64,000 nucleotides of DNA from a virus: IMG/VR virus record IMGVR_UViG_3300034095_001343, positions 50,930 to 114,929 of that record; one strand, 5' to 3'. A model generated the notes under the pieces. The model had not been told where the DNA came from, did not search any database, and saw only the letters and a list, made by a program, of their open reading frames with translations. The position numbers and the translations under genes are program-made. This document shows, piece after piece, positions 32,001 through 41,730 of this stretch (within the stretch, counting starts at the first letter, position 1; the number at the start of each line of letters is the position of its first letter).

Positions 32001-32142
32001 GAATAACGTTGTGGATATTATTTACATCTGGTGAATCATATCTATAACCATCCGTGGAAAAAACACCCGTTACATAAGTAAACTGCTCATTAGGTCCTCC
32101 GGGTAAACCTCTTCTTTCAATATGATTAAACTTATCTTTCAT
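29017..32142 (-). CDS. Modular cargo-like protein (1041 aa) with ADP-ribosyltransferase-like module
   Basis: N-terminal GYRYDSPD...IPSGNISM...MQPGFDYQFPG domain. Internal YYRG...YMSPDINIAKDY...YIAE segment. AQxG/KQYGG linkers. Confidence 0.45.
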   Translation of the reverse strand: MKDKFNHIERRGLPGGPNEQFTYVTGVFSTDGYRYDSPDVNNIHNVIPSGNISMREKNGEPLKKGPILGIDNLGNRELMQPGFDYQFPGDQVFELPMAQIGKETKKNTPIYVDDKNDPRFKAYNDSLNNYQYGEDWKNALSFDYIKTKQKPYIDNSLINTFYKETDKELLQKPNKVVVYPSIVTKNGKKQQEIRPEYDSPIQPIIYKEPIPKQVLGNINVQGKNIPYHSKEEKEQYFKLFQDNGIKVEGNNGNYGVSRNNELTSGWNGNKLYLKGNKELLDLDKKALGGLLMAQKGKYIPPNFSDFNYGQTASESTSRTYNSRELKKPVSTATLSVSKQQVAKSVQEAQRLRKIQEDERRARIADAEAAKKIPYTLQNFPEVIARETQAIGDKLQSDYIPDAINPGVWFGDFASGIGRVPLNLQQGNYGEAALSIGLPLAIGAFAGLGAKTTGQFVNNLVNPLAGTGQFLTTQTPLKNAYKINPWAFKPNPEAYYRGIGRTGLDDALESRLIRTPEGSFYNDMYMSPDINIAKDYSRNKPTWTWQEVESTIPGKPSEIKQVFSPVDRTSYIAEIPKSSLSDVRNINELVSTTRNQIPLDQARLLKEDWLRGYKQVNTPTQLPGSPNIQQAGFFDTKGALQKYPKGKLTQEEIEAYKNSDYYKQNTKDHLDAKNKYGDSWTLPNYAEENLLEAFVTGNRSKINPILYGGRNWRTSDYVTAGLVGTAFPGVLGLHSLVWAPPAIRSKALKSLGIQGVPGGLSSQDTTIDITNRPMSFAKVNQTTDGDIIIGGEFIEDVNNTVRKAKDWLVASDTYSDKKYSSKDIQSFYGIEDGKFKVGKADEFNAETEIVPRRFGAINIDKATLNGEEMRLLDKQGNPIYQNTPNTGKFILYSPSTGKAEFTYINTGKSGVNKVNNFLKKNKDAQYIHLDNGRYEYYGINPEGLTEQDFKNYYEQDFKRKGNPGYNMVIKQYGGDINQPKYQTGNEIAFDIYKKYINGDYIGTLEEGKAKKTYDRLNRIYYKDAKSSGMSVPNYIMTNVVTL

Positions 32143-35100
32143 TATCTAAGAGATAAAAGTAATTTAGTGTTATTTAACTTAAGAAGCATTTTCCTATTTC
32201 CAGAATTTTTTCTTCTTAAAATTAACTTGTTATAATAGTGTCTAAGTTTTTTTCTTTGTTCTTCGGGTTTTTGATAGTTTAAATTATTTGCATTAAGATC
32301 TCTAATGTAACCATTTAATCTTGTTATAAAGATTTCTTGCTCGCTGTTTGTAAACTCACCTCTATCATTTGTAATATCCCAAAACTGATTGAATCTATAC
32401 TTTTGTTCTTCTTTTGAATAAAGTATTCTTATATCACTTGTTCCAATAATAGGATATTGAAGTATATTATAAGGATCTTCTTTAGGATTAAGTTCTAATC
32501 TTAAAAGTCCAGATACTTGTTCTGTATTATAAAGAATCGCTTCATCAAAGTTAAAATCAAGATCATGCCATCTATCATCACCACAGCCATGATATAGATC
32601 CCCTTTATAAACATAAGACTCTAATTGATATTCAACACTTCTTACAGTGTTTACTATTTGTCCAGTGTTCTCAATTAGTTCTACTTCCCAAGGATAATCA
32701 TCACCATAGTAATTTGCATAAAGATCACAACGATAATTGTGTCTCCAGATTGAACCAACTCTAAAACTTGGAGGAGTTGTTTCTAAACTAAAGTAATTAC
32801 ATATTAACGGATTCATATTTATATAATCAGGATCCCCATTAGGACCTGTCAAATATAAATTATCACACTGACCTGTAGTGGTTGTTTGAGCCCAAGGAAC
32901 AGGTGGTGGAGGACAATTACATGTTACCTTTCTACAAATAGGTGCGTAAGTACCTTGCCCATTTGGAAAACATTCACCGTTTGCTAATGTCCAACGAATA
33001 GGTGGAGTTGCTGTACTAGGATAAACTAATGTATATCCAGGAGGACAATTACATTCATAATTTTCACCACAAGTTTTTTCTATAACAGCTTCTGCTACAA
33101 CGGCAATACCAGGTAAATCAACCCCTGAAACAGCAAACTGAAGCTGCGGTTGATCACAGGTGATTTCTTCTAGATATCCAGCTGTTGGTATTGGTGGATT
33201 ATTTGGACTAGCATATACAGCCATTACAAATTGTTTAGCTGGACCAACACATGAACCACCTAGTGTAGATGATTGATATCCGCAACCTACATCTAAACCC
33301 GGATATGTATTTGTATCTGTAACAAGAATAATATATTGTCTAAAGTTTGGTAAAGAACTTCTATCTCCTAATTGTGAACTAACCTTTGCATTTAATCTAT
33401 TTTCAGCAAAAGCAAGTGCAGGAGGAATTTCTGTTCCCCCCATTTGCCAGTTAGCTGTAAGCCATGTATTAACTTGTGTAGCCGTTAATGTATTACTCAT
33501 TGAAAATCCATTTGGATTCATGCTAACATTATTAAGAACAGGAGGTACAACGTTTGACCATGATGTAATACCTATCTGAATAAAACCCCCTATTAACCCA
33601 GATTGAATATTAGAATTATTTATAAACTCTGTAACAAAAGTTAATTCAGCTTGACCAATTGGATTCGTGGGTCCTCCTGGTCCTCCTGTACTTCCAGATG
33701 TATCTACGGCAATAATAACATCAATAAGACATTCCTGCGGACCACCTGTTATTAAAGCTTCAATTTGATCAACTGTAACTACAGCTGGTGCAGATTCATC
33801 AATTAATTTTTCACAGTCTCCTGTACTCGGATTATAGGCATATCCTGGAGGACAGTATGGTTCTTCAGAATTAATTGTCTTAGTTGTTAAAAAATGATTA
33901 ATGCTTGGAATAGTAAGTTCTGGGCACCAGTCATGAAATGAAATCCATGCTTTAGATTTTGGATCATATGATACTGTCCAACAAGCATCATCAAAATAAA
34001 ATGGATCTCCTAATTCAATTGAAATTTCTAAACCAGAAGGATATGTATATATAAATCTGTAACTTACAGGATCAAACCGCATACCACTCTTGTATTGAGG
34101 TTTAACACTATAATCCTTTTTACAGAAATAAACAATATCATCATTAATATCATATACAGCTTGACAACCAACCCCAATTACAGTATTATCAGCCAAAGGT
34201 GTTTCCTCTAATTCAGGAAACTCTCTTATAAGAACTGATGGTAAATATTTATTAAACCACCACTTCATACCTCTATTTGCAATATTCTCTAAACCATCTG
34301 CATATTGAAAAACTTTACCTTGAGCTTGTGATAAATAAAATAAACCAAGAGGTGTATTAATTATAGTTCTTGCACTTTCACAAGATCCATATTCATTAGG
34401 TAAATCTGAATTTGCAACATTTTGAAAAGGTTGCTCAAATAATCCACCATCACCTATAGTAATCTTAGTTCCAAGATCTGTTTGTAATGTATCAACTCCT
34501 TGAAACATCTGCGGAGACTGATAAGGAAAAAATATAATTGCTCCATTTTTATTTATAGGTTTAATTACACTAACCTTATCTTTAAAATCTTTATAGTTAT
34601 TTGGTAAAAAAACTCTCCAAAAATCTTTTTTTGCTTCTTCCTGTGCTTGCAAAGAATATATAAGTCTCTTAGGGTAATAATCAAAACAAGTCTCTGCAAT
34701 TTGAGGATTATAATCTCTTGTTTGTATTTCTCCAAATGATGTTAAGTTTGTAACAAATCTGCTTGCACTTAAAGAATAATCATACTTATAAAAATTATCT
34801 TCTTTAATAATTTCAGCATCAAATAAATCATCTACATTATTATATTCATAAGAATCATAATGTCTATCTTTTTTTCTATCTTCCCAATCTCTCTGTACTA
34901 AATTAATTTCAGATTCTGTAAAGAAATCTAATACACCATTACAATGAGTATACATATAAGCATATCTCATTGCAAATTTGGGATTTGGATCATTACCACT
35001 AAATAATGTAGCAAATACATTACAGCTATTTCCTCTATCCAAATAATACAAATCATTTGGTAAAAGACCATCTGCACTTCCAGTATTCAGTGCGGAAGAT

Positions 35101-38100
35101 ATACCAAGCGTCATTATTGCATCAGCAAGTTTGGTAGTATCAAACTTCTGAGTATTCATCCAAAATCTTGGATAAGGAATATTTACTCTTTTTAAATAGT
35201 TGTATGTATAACCATCAGGTTGACCAAATAAGAAATCAGAAAATATAGGCATTATCACCTTTTCTGTATATCTACCCACATAAGTATCTCCTGAAAAAAA
35301 TATTTCAGATCTGTATTTAAAGATATCAGGTTTGGTTGGATCTAAAAAATTAATACAGCCTCTCATAGGCACCTGTTTAATTCCTTCTATTTGACCATAT
35401 TGATTTTGAAAATTAAACTTAAGTGCTCCATATAACATGGAAACATCAGTAAGTCTACTAACACCCGGAGTCTCTAAAAAATTATTAGATGGTACAATGC
35501 TAGTAGCTGTTGCATTATATCCTCCTCCAATTACATATCTTGAAACATCAGTGACTGTCGGATCATTAAATGTATTAGCAATTGATATTGCAACTGTTTT
35601 TGGTCTAAATAAATTATTAATTTTATATTGACTATCAAAAATTTGAAACGCTGATCCAATATAATTTTGTTCTTTTATTCTTGATCTATATCTATTTCCA
35701 AAAATTGTTGATGCATAATTAAATATATCAGCATGTGAATTATGTTTAAAAGCAAAATCAGATGGTTGAACAAAATTATACATAAGATCAATAATTTCTT
35801 GAGCACCTTCTGCAATTTTTTGTCTAGCTGTATAAGCTCCTAGTAAACCTTGAATAAGACTAGGAAGTCCTCCTGTATTACTATCTAAATTAAATTCTTT
35901 TTCAAGACTACCACCTCTTATTAATGGTGATAAACCAAGAAGACTTTGAACAGTAGCTTGTTGAGTATTTGCAAGTTGTCTAACACCTGTTCCCGCTAAA
36001 AGGGCTCCAACGGCAAAAGCACTATCTGTAAGAATTTCTCCTGGGTTACCTAAAGTATTTATAGCTGTAATAATTGGTGTGGCAAGGAGTACGTTTGCTG
36101 TTTGCTGAGGTAAAGTAAGGCCAGCACCTGCAGGGCCTGCAAAAGTCCAACTTGATGCATTTCCTGCTTCCCAAGTTGGAAATGCATAATTAATTTTATC
36201 TTTTCTAACACCCTGTATTGCATTAATTGCATAACCAATACCAATAATTCCAGATAGTATTGCAGCTACATTTCTAAGTAATTTATATTGAGGATGTTGT
36301 TCAGATGCAATAAAATATCCTTCAGATTGACCGCTTAACTGACCATATATTCTAGCTTCATATGCATTTAAGAATGGTCTCTTAAACATCAACTCAGGTG
36401 AATGAAATGTAAAAACACTTTGTGAGTAACCAGTAATTGGTAAAAAACTAGCAACAGAGTTTGTTAAATCATCACAACCATCAGTTCTTTTTGCAGGACC
36501 AACACCACTTGCACCATCATGAAAATAAATATCAGGTCTTAAATCATTGTAAGGATAGTTTGGATATAACCCTTGAATATTATTCTGTCCTTGAGGAATT
36601 GTATATTCCCGCATATTCCTAAACACACCCTTAGCTAAAATAGACTTAGCTCCTTCTCTTGATCCTCTTAAAATTTCATAACCAACAACATTAGGAATAT
36701 ATGTTCCATCATTAAATTTAGGTCTTCCTATATTTCTAAAGTCAACACCAAGAATTCTTATAGAATCAGAAGATTGATTATATAACCCCAACACTGGACT
36801 TTTTTCTTCAGTGGGCATTTTATGATGTCTAATTGGTTTACCACACAAATCAAATTGTTGATTTGTTGTACCGCCAATGTTTACACCTGTATTAGGATCT
36901 ACATATGTAGAGTTCCAAATTTCAGGTTTACTAGCTGGATATATTTCAGTTGATTGCCAGTATGCTAAGTCTCCTCGACCAACTATAATACCACCATCTG
37001 GTAAAGTCTGTGTAGCAAGAGATATTATAGTGGCTGTATTAAATATTTCAAAATTGTAATTAGGACCATCAATAGTATTAATACCACCAGATAAACCTAT
37101 CTCATTAACAACATTACCATATTGATCTTCTCCAGCTAATCTAGGAGGTCTACCTGGTATATGATAAGACTTGCTTTTTTCACCAGTATTATAAATCCAT
37201 CTAATAAAAAATGAATAAACTTCATCTCTCAAAAAAGATGTTTTGTTACCACCTTTATAATAATAAGACTGAGGATATTCAGCAACAACCCATTGAACTT
37301 GAATTTGATTTGCAATAGGTTGGTAGTTAAAGTCAAACTGTTCAGTTGGACCTTGTCTTATCAAATAATCATTTACAACATACATTGCATCTGATTTTTC
37401 ATATGCAGGTTTTCTTGTAAATAAAACTGTAAAGTCAACACTTACAGTTGCTGGATCTATATAGTCTAAACTAATAACAGATTGCTCTGTGCTATAAGTA
37501 CCAATAACTTTAGCAACAATATTCTGCTGATTATTACTTAGTATTACAAGTTGATAATAGAAATAGTCTTTATCAAGATTAGTTATTTCAATATTTAATG
37601 AACCAGCATTATTATCATGATTAAAAAGACTTTGTAAATTTGATATTCCAATATAATCAGTTACAACTTGATCATTTTCCACATAAGCTAAAAATGCTTG
37701 ATATGTACCGTTTCTTAATAAACCACCATCTTGAGCTCTTGTTAGTTTAATACAAGGTGTATCTACAACTGGAGCCAATCTTAATCTTTCACAATCTAAA
37801 ACATCTGTATCAGCATAAATTACACAATCAGCTCCAGGAGGACTTACCACTTGCTGTACCCACGGTATATCATCTGCATTTAATGTTCTTGATGGATTGT
37901 TGGAATCATCCCAATAAATTTGCCAAGTACAATCATAATTTTCTTTTGAGGCACCTATAATTAAATATTTCCTATTAAAATTTAAACATGGATTATTTAC
38001 AATAGTTGTATAACTACAAGTACTTTCATCATAAAATCCAATTTCAGAATTTGTATCATCAGTGGAAAATACATACCATTGATCAGCTCTTTTATGAATA

Positions 38101-38312
38101 AATCCAATTATAGTATATGGTACAATACCACACTGAAGATTTGCGGGTTCATTACCTATAACTCCAGTATCCCCATCAACTGAATTATTATATGCATTTC
38201 TTGCATGTGACCAATTTTCTTTTGGTTGAAATGAAGCAAATAAATCCTTCACCATACCTTTTATAAAGCTATTAGTATCTATAGATGATGAATTTGAATA
38301 TTGTTTAGCCAT
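32142..38312 (-). CDS. Tail stabilisation / muzzle protein (2056 aa) with inserted vWA domain
   Basis: Starts with F-x-K-G-M-x-K-D and contains WTVSYDP..KAWISFHDW, characteristic of crAss-like stabilisation (P22 gp10-like) proteins. Follows the ring protein genes. DVIIAVDTSGS is a MIDAS motif. Confidence 0.75.
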   Translation of the reverse strand: MAKQYSNSSSIDTNSFIKGMVKDLFASFQPKENWSHARNAYNNSVDGDTGVIGNEPANLQCGIVPYTIIGFIHKRADQWYVFSTDDTNSEIGFYDESTCSYTTIVNNPCLNFNRKYLIIGASKENYDCTWQIYWDDSNNPSRTLNADDIPWVQQVVSPPGADCVIYADTDVLDCERLRLAPVVDTPCIKLTRAQDGGLLRNGTYQAFLAYVENDQVVTDYIGISNLQSLFNHDNNAGSLNIEITNLDKDYFYYQLVILSNNQQNIVAKVIGTYSTEQSVISLDYIDPATVSVDFTVLFTRKPAYEKSDAMYVVNDYLIRQGPTEQFDFNYQPIANQIQVQWVVAEYPQSYYYKGGNKTSFLRDEVYSFFIRWIYNTGEKSKSYHIPGRPPRLAGEDQYGNVVNEIGLSGGINTIDGPNYNFEIFNTATIISLATQTLPDGGIIVGRGDLAYWQSTEIYPASKPEIWNSTYVDPNTGVNIGGTTNQQFDLCGKPIRHHKMPTEEKSPVLGLYNQSSDSIRILGVDFRNIGRPKFNDGTYIPNVVGYEILRGSREGAKSILAKGVFRNMREYTIPQGQNNIQGLYPNYPYNDLRPDIYFHDGASGVGPAKRTDGCDDLTNSVASFLPITGYSQSVFTFHSPELMFKRPFLNAYEARIYGQLSGQSEGYFIASEQHPQYKLLRNVAAILSGIIGIGYAINAIQGVRKDKINYAFPTWEAGNASSWTFAGPAGAGLTLPQQTANVLLATPIITAINTLGNPGEILTDSAFAVGALLAGTGVRQLANTQQATVQSLLGLSPLIRGGSLEKEFNLDSNTGGLPSLIQGLLGAYTARQKIAEGAQEIIDLMYNFVQPSDFAFKHNSHADIFNYASTIFGNRYRSRIKEQNYIGSAFQIFDSQYKINNLFRPKTVAISIANTFNDPTVTDVSRYVIGGGYNATATSIVPSNNFLETPGVSRLTDVSMLYGALKFNFQNQYGQIEGIKQVPMRGCINFLDPTKPDIFKYRSEIFFSGDTYVGRYTEKVIMPIFSDFLFGQPDGYTYNYLKRVNIPYPRFWMNTQKFDTTKLADAIMTLGISSALNTGSADGLLPNDLYYLDRGNSCNVFATLFSGNDPNPKFAMRYAYMYTHCNGVLDFFTESEINLVQRDWEDRKKDRHYDSYEYNNVDDLFDAEIIKEDNFYKYDYSLSASRFVTNLTSFGEIQTRDYNPQIAETCFDYYPKRLIYSLQAQEEAKKDFWRVFLPNNYKDFKDKVSVIKPINKNGAIIFFPYQSPQMFQGVDTLQTDLGTKITIGDGGLFEQPFQNVANSDLPNEYGSCESARTIINTPLGLFYLSQAQGKVFQYADGLENIANRGMKWWFNKYLPSVLIREFPELEETPLADNTVIGVGCQAVYDINDDIVYFCKKDYSVKPQYKSGMRFDPVSYRFIYTYPSGLEISIELGDPFYFDDACWTVSYDPKSKAWISFHDWCPELTIPSINHFLTTKTINSEEPYCPPGYAYNPSTGDCEKLIDESAPAVVTVDQIEALITGGPQECLIDVIIAVDTSGSTGGPGGPTNPIGQAELTFVTEFINNSNIQSGLIGGFIQIGITSWSNVVPPVLNNVSMNPNGFSMSNTLTATQVNTWLTANWQMGGTEIPPALAFAENRLNAKVSSQLGDRSSLPNFRQYIILVTDTNTYPGLDVGCGYQSSTLGGSCVGPAKQFVMAVYASPNNPPIPTAGYLEEITCDQPQLQFAVSGVDLPGIAVVAEAVIEKTCGENYECNCPPGYTLVYPSTATPPIRWTLANGECFPNGQGTYAPICRKVTCNCPPPPVPWAQTTTTGQCDNLYLTGPNGDPDYINMNPLICNYFSLETTPPSFRVGSIWRHNYRCDLYANYYGDDYPWEVELIENTGQIVNTVRSVEYQLESYVYKGDLYHGCGDDRWHDLDFNFDEAILYNTEQVSGLLRLELNPKEDPYNILQYPIIGTSDIRILYSKEEQKYRFNQFWDITNDRGEFTNSEQEIFITRLNGYIRDLNANNLNYQKPEEQRKKLRHYYNKLILRRKNSGNRKMLLKLNNTKLLLSLR

Positions 38313-38320
38313 AATAAATA

Positions 38321-39205
38321 TTATCCAATAACAGGGTAACTCTTAAACATGTTATAATAGTTATGATATTGAGCTCTTCTATTCATCCACCATACTTCAT
38401 ATAATTCTCTAAAATCAGGTGTATTCACAAAACTTAAAGCATTATTTCTAGATGCTCTAAGTCTTTGCTCAATCAGTGTCATTTGATTACTAACATTTTC
38501 TCCAGCAAAAAGCATATTTTCAAGAATACGTTGTTTTAAAGCATATTCATAATATTCATTACAGTAAGGCTGATCTAATACCAACAAATTACCGTCATTA
38601 TCTTCCATAGCTCCTTGATAGCTGATATAAACCTTTCCTGTTGTAAAAGATGTAAGAATAAAACCATCTTTAATTTCAGCAATATCAGAAGCTTGTTCAT
38701 TTACATTTGGACAATCGCATGTGTATTTATTGACTGTTCTTATTCTTAAAGGTACAAACGCTGTAAAGGTTCTCCATGTATGCTCACCAATTCTTTGAAT
38801 TAATTGATACGCATTTTTGTCATTACATGTCTTTATAACACAAACATCTCTACATTCAGGATCTTCACATGGTCCTGACTCACCTGGAGCTGGTACATAA
38901 GGTACATCGTTGAATGTTTCAATATGAGTACCACTAGGCATTCTATCCGCAATGCTATAACTACCACATCTAAATGCATAGTTTAAGAAAGCAAAATCAT
39001 AAGGAAGTCTAGCTTTACCATGTTCAATATCTAAAACAACTTCTTTGGTTCTATGTATTCTCAAGCCAAGATCATAGTTAACCCTTGTTGCTACTTTAAT
39101 AAGTTGCCCCGGATCTATAAAGCCTTCAATATTATATGTAGCAAAATCAACAACTACATCATTATAAAGCTGATCAAAAGTTCTATATTTATGTGATATA
39201 CTCAT
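38321..39205 (-). CDS. Tail ring / tubular protein (294 aa)
   Basis: Size and position just upstream of the muzzle gene. KARLPYDF and GKVYISY...DNDGNLLV segments. Confidence 0.6.
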   Translation of the reverse strand: MSISHKYRTFDQLYNDVVVDFATYNIEGFIDPGQLIKVATRVNYDLGLRIHRTKEVVLDIEHGKARLPYDFAFLNYAFRCGSYSIADRMPSGTHIETFNDVPYVPAPGESGPCEDPECRDVCVIKTCNDKNAYQLIQRIGEHTWRTFTAFVPLRIRTVNKYTCDCPNVNEQASDIAEIKDGFILTSFTTGKVYISYQGAMEDNDGNLLVLDQPYCNEYYEYALKQRILENMLFAGENVSNQMTLIEQRLRASRNNALSFVNTPDFRELYEVWWMNRRAQYHNYYNMFKSYPVIG

Positions 39206-39870
39206 TATCTATGTGGATTAATTTTATTATCAGAATCTTCTGAAGGTATTCTTAATGTATTAGTCATAATACTTAAAACTTGACCTTCTATTTCCGCAAG
39301 TAAAGATTCTGGAATATTTACGTCTTGCATATAGTGGGGTATACAGTTATCGTCACACTGCCAATTAGATATATCTGAATCAAACACTGCTTCAATTCTT
39401 ACAGCATCCCATTCTAAATTTGGAAAATATAAATAATGATCTATGAACCAAAAGTATTTTGATTTATTATATCTAAATGAAGTTGTTTTAGACATTGCAA
39501 GATAAGTTGAAGGTTGGATAGGTTGCAATTCTTCAGAACCATCAATTGATGATACAATTCTAATCAGAGGACCCCAATAACCTTCAATCATATCAGGTAA
39601 TTTTTCTTTAGTTCTCATAAAAGTACAACCACTTTTAATACCTGAACATTGTGCTTCTACTCTATCTACTTCTATTAATTCAACATAAGGTAAAGATTTC
39701 CATATTGAATTAAACTTCATTAGCTTATTTAAGCTGTCTTGTCTTCTCATTAAGACTTGAGCAAATTTTTGAACAAGACTATAAATGTATCTATCAGTTG
39801 TAAAAGCATCTTGACTTTCAGCTTTTACCTGACCTCTAACTCTTGATATTACATCCGCAATTGTTGCCAT
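39205..39870 (-). CDS. Tail ring / tubular protein (221 aa)
   Basis: Position and size. RTKEKLP and YFWFIDHYLY segments resemble crAss-like ring proteins. Stop overlaps the next start. Confidence 0.6.
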   Translation of the reverse strand: MATIADVISRVRGQVKAESQDAFTTDRYIYSLVQKFAQVLMRRQDSLNKLMKFNSIWKSLPYVELIEVDRVEAQCSGIKSGCTFMRTKEKLPDMIEGYWGPLIRIVSSIDGSEELQPIQPSTYLAMSKTTSFRYNKSKYFWFIDHYLYFPNLEWDAVRIEAVFDSDISNWQCDDNCIPHYMQDVNIPESLLAEIEGQVLSIMTNTLRIPSEDSDNKINPHR

Positions 39871-39898
39871 ATTTTTAATTATTAATGTGCCAAAACTA

Positions 39899-40429
39899 TT
39901 ATTTTTCAGGAGTTTTGGCGGAATATAAATGAGCCACTCTATACTTATTCTTCATAAAAATATACTTAGTCCAGTTTTCAGGATATTCTTTAGCAACACT
40001 TCTTTTAAAATCTCTTAGTGCTTCAAATCTCCATAGCTCACGATTTTTAAACTTATATTTGGTAGACCAATTTGTATAGAAAATCTTTCCTATATTACCA
40101 TCGGTATCCCAGTTTTTATTTTGCAATACTTTTCCGTACTGCTTAGAAAGAGAATAATTAGTATTTACAGACTTACTAGGTTTACATGTTCCAATAAACA
40201 AATAACCTAATGAATCCGGTAATTCTACACCATCTCTATATTTAATTACACCCTGCCACACTTTTTTATTGAATATTCTAATTATACTTTTAAGTTTATC
40301 ATTATCAATATTTTCATACATGGGATATTTATCTTTAAAATCCTTTATTGTTTTACTGTTTAATAGCCCTAATCTTTTTTCTCTATATCTTGGAGCATTT
40401 AAATCTGGGTTTTTAAAGTTATTTATCAT
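39899..40429 (-). CDS. HU/IHF-like DNA-binding protein (176 aa)
   Basis: Basic protein with DGVELPDSLGYLFI, resembling the HU/IHF beta-arm entry. crAss-like phages carry IHF-like genes before the ring genes. Confidence 0.55.
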   Translation of the reverse strand: MINNFKNPDLNAPRYREKRLGLLNSKTIKDFKDKYPMYENIDNDKLKSIIRIFNKKVWQGVIKYRDGVELPDSLGYLFIGTCKPSKSVNTNYSLSKQYGKVLQNKNWDTDGNIGKIFYTNWSTKYKFKNRELWRFEALRDFKRSVAKEYPENWTKYIFMKNKYRVAHLYSAKTPEK

Positions 40430-40443
40430 ATAGTTGTTATTTA

Positions 40444-40451
40444 TAATTTAC
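40444..40451 (-). promoter_or_regulatory. Variant promoter box GTAAATTA upstream of IHF-like/ring/muzzle operon
   Basis: One mismatch from the recurrent GTATATTA box, preceded by a T-tract, 14 nt before the ATG. Confidence 0.35.
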
Positions 40452-40477
40452 AAAAAATTAAACACTTAAAAAAATCT

Positions 40478-41656
40478 TTATATTGAATAAACTAGTTCGC
40501 ATATAGTTCCTTTTGTAAATGACTGAAGTTCAAGAACTGCAGATCTTCTATTTCCTACATATTTATTATGATAATGATAATAATCTGTCTTGCATAAACT
40601 AGGTAAAGTTTTATGAATAAAACCAACTTCTTCGGATGTTGTTATATACTCAACTTTTCTATTTTGATGATAATGACCTGTAAATAAAGTTCTAAACCTT
40701 GTATAACCCCACATCTGAGAAAACTCTGTAGCATAAACAAGCGGTGTACTTTTAGATTTTACATCACCATGTTCAAACGCATTAAAGTTTTCTCCCCATA
40801 TGTAAGCTTTTCTTTCAGAATATTCTACATCCCATTCAACATTATCTGCTTCAATTGATTTTGATAAAGCATGTGCCAAATGAAAAGAAGAAAGTCTATC
40901 ATGATTTCCAGGCATATAGACTACAACTAATTTGTCACAAAAATTAGCTAAATTTGTTACAGCCCAATGCATAGAATCAAACGCTTGAATATAGGCATCC
41001 GTTGCTTTCATTGAGTTTTCAAGCTGTGTTCCAGAAGTTGTAGTTCCTGAAAAAGTATCCATATTTATAAGATCTCCTCCAATAACAAAATACAATACTT
41101 CAATATGATGAGATGAAGATGCTCTTACAATAAGATCTTCTAAAGCTTGTTCAAAATCTATATCAATTGTTTTGTTACCTTCTTTTCCAAAATGAATATC
41201 TTGTAATGACATTATTCCGCAGACAGTAGGTAACTTATTAGTTACATTTAAACTGCTTGTAATATAATTTTTTCTGGGTTTCCAATTCTTAAGAAGCTCT
41301 TTAAAAAGACGTCCTTCATCATTTTCTTTAATCTTTGTAACAAGAGCTGAAACTCTCCAACCATTTTGAACCTGTTTGTTCCAATATGAAGAAAGCTTCC
41401 AATCATTTATATTAATGTTTAAAAGCTTTATAATTTCTTCAGGTGATTTTGGTTCATGATTAATAAAAGTTTCAAACTTTATTTCACCTTTATCAAGATC
41501 AAAATGTTTAGAAGTTTTTTTATTAATACTTTTAGATTTAAGTTTTTTCTTAATGGATTTGTATAAATCTATTGATATACCCAATCTGTTTGCACAATAC
41601 TCAGGACTTTTTTTCCACATTAATGATTGTGAAATACGTTTTTCTAAAACAGTCAT
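40478..41656 (-). CDS. Calcineurin-like metallophosphoesterase with N-terminal HTH-like segment (392 aa)
   Basis: Complete motif set: QDIHFG, GGDL, PGNHD, HGD, TGHYH. Confidence 0.88.
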   Translation of the reverse strand: MTVLEKRISQSLMWKKSPEYCANRLGISIDLYKSIKKKLKSKSINKKTSKHFDLDKGEIKFETFINHEPKSPEEIIKLLNININDWKLSSYWNKQVQNGWRVSALVTKIKENDEGRLFKELLKNWKPRKNYITSSLNVTNKLPTVCGIMSLQDIHFGKEGNKTIDIDFEQALEDLIVRASSSHHIEVLYFVIGGDLINMDTFSGTTTSGTQLENSMKATDAYIQAFDSMHWAVTNLANFCDKLVVVYMPGNHDRLSSFHLAHALSKSIEADNVEWDVEYSERKAYIWGENFNAFEHGDVKSKSTPLVYATEFSQMWGYTRFRTLFTGHYHQNRKVEYITTSEEVGFIHKTLPSLCKTDYYHYHNKYVGNRRSAVLELQSFTKGTICELVYSI

Positions 41657-41700
41657 TTTTATTATTTTAGATTTGTTTGTAAATATAATATATATTTATT

Positions 41701-41730
41701 AAAAAAAAGAGGTCCCATTACTAGGACCTC
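41701..41730 (-). terminator. Rho-independent terminator after fibre genes
   Basis: Minus-strand GAGGUCCUA-GUAA-UGGGACCUC (GNRA loop, one G-U pair) followed by a U8+ tract. Confidence 0.85.
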
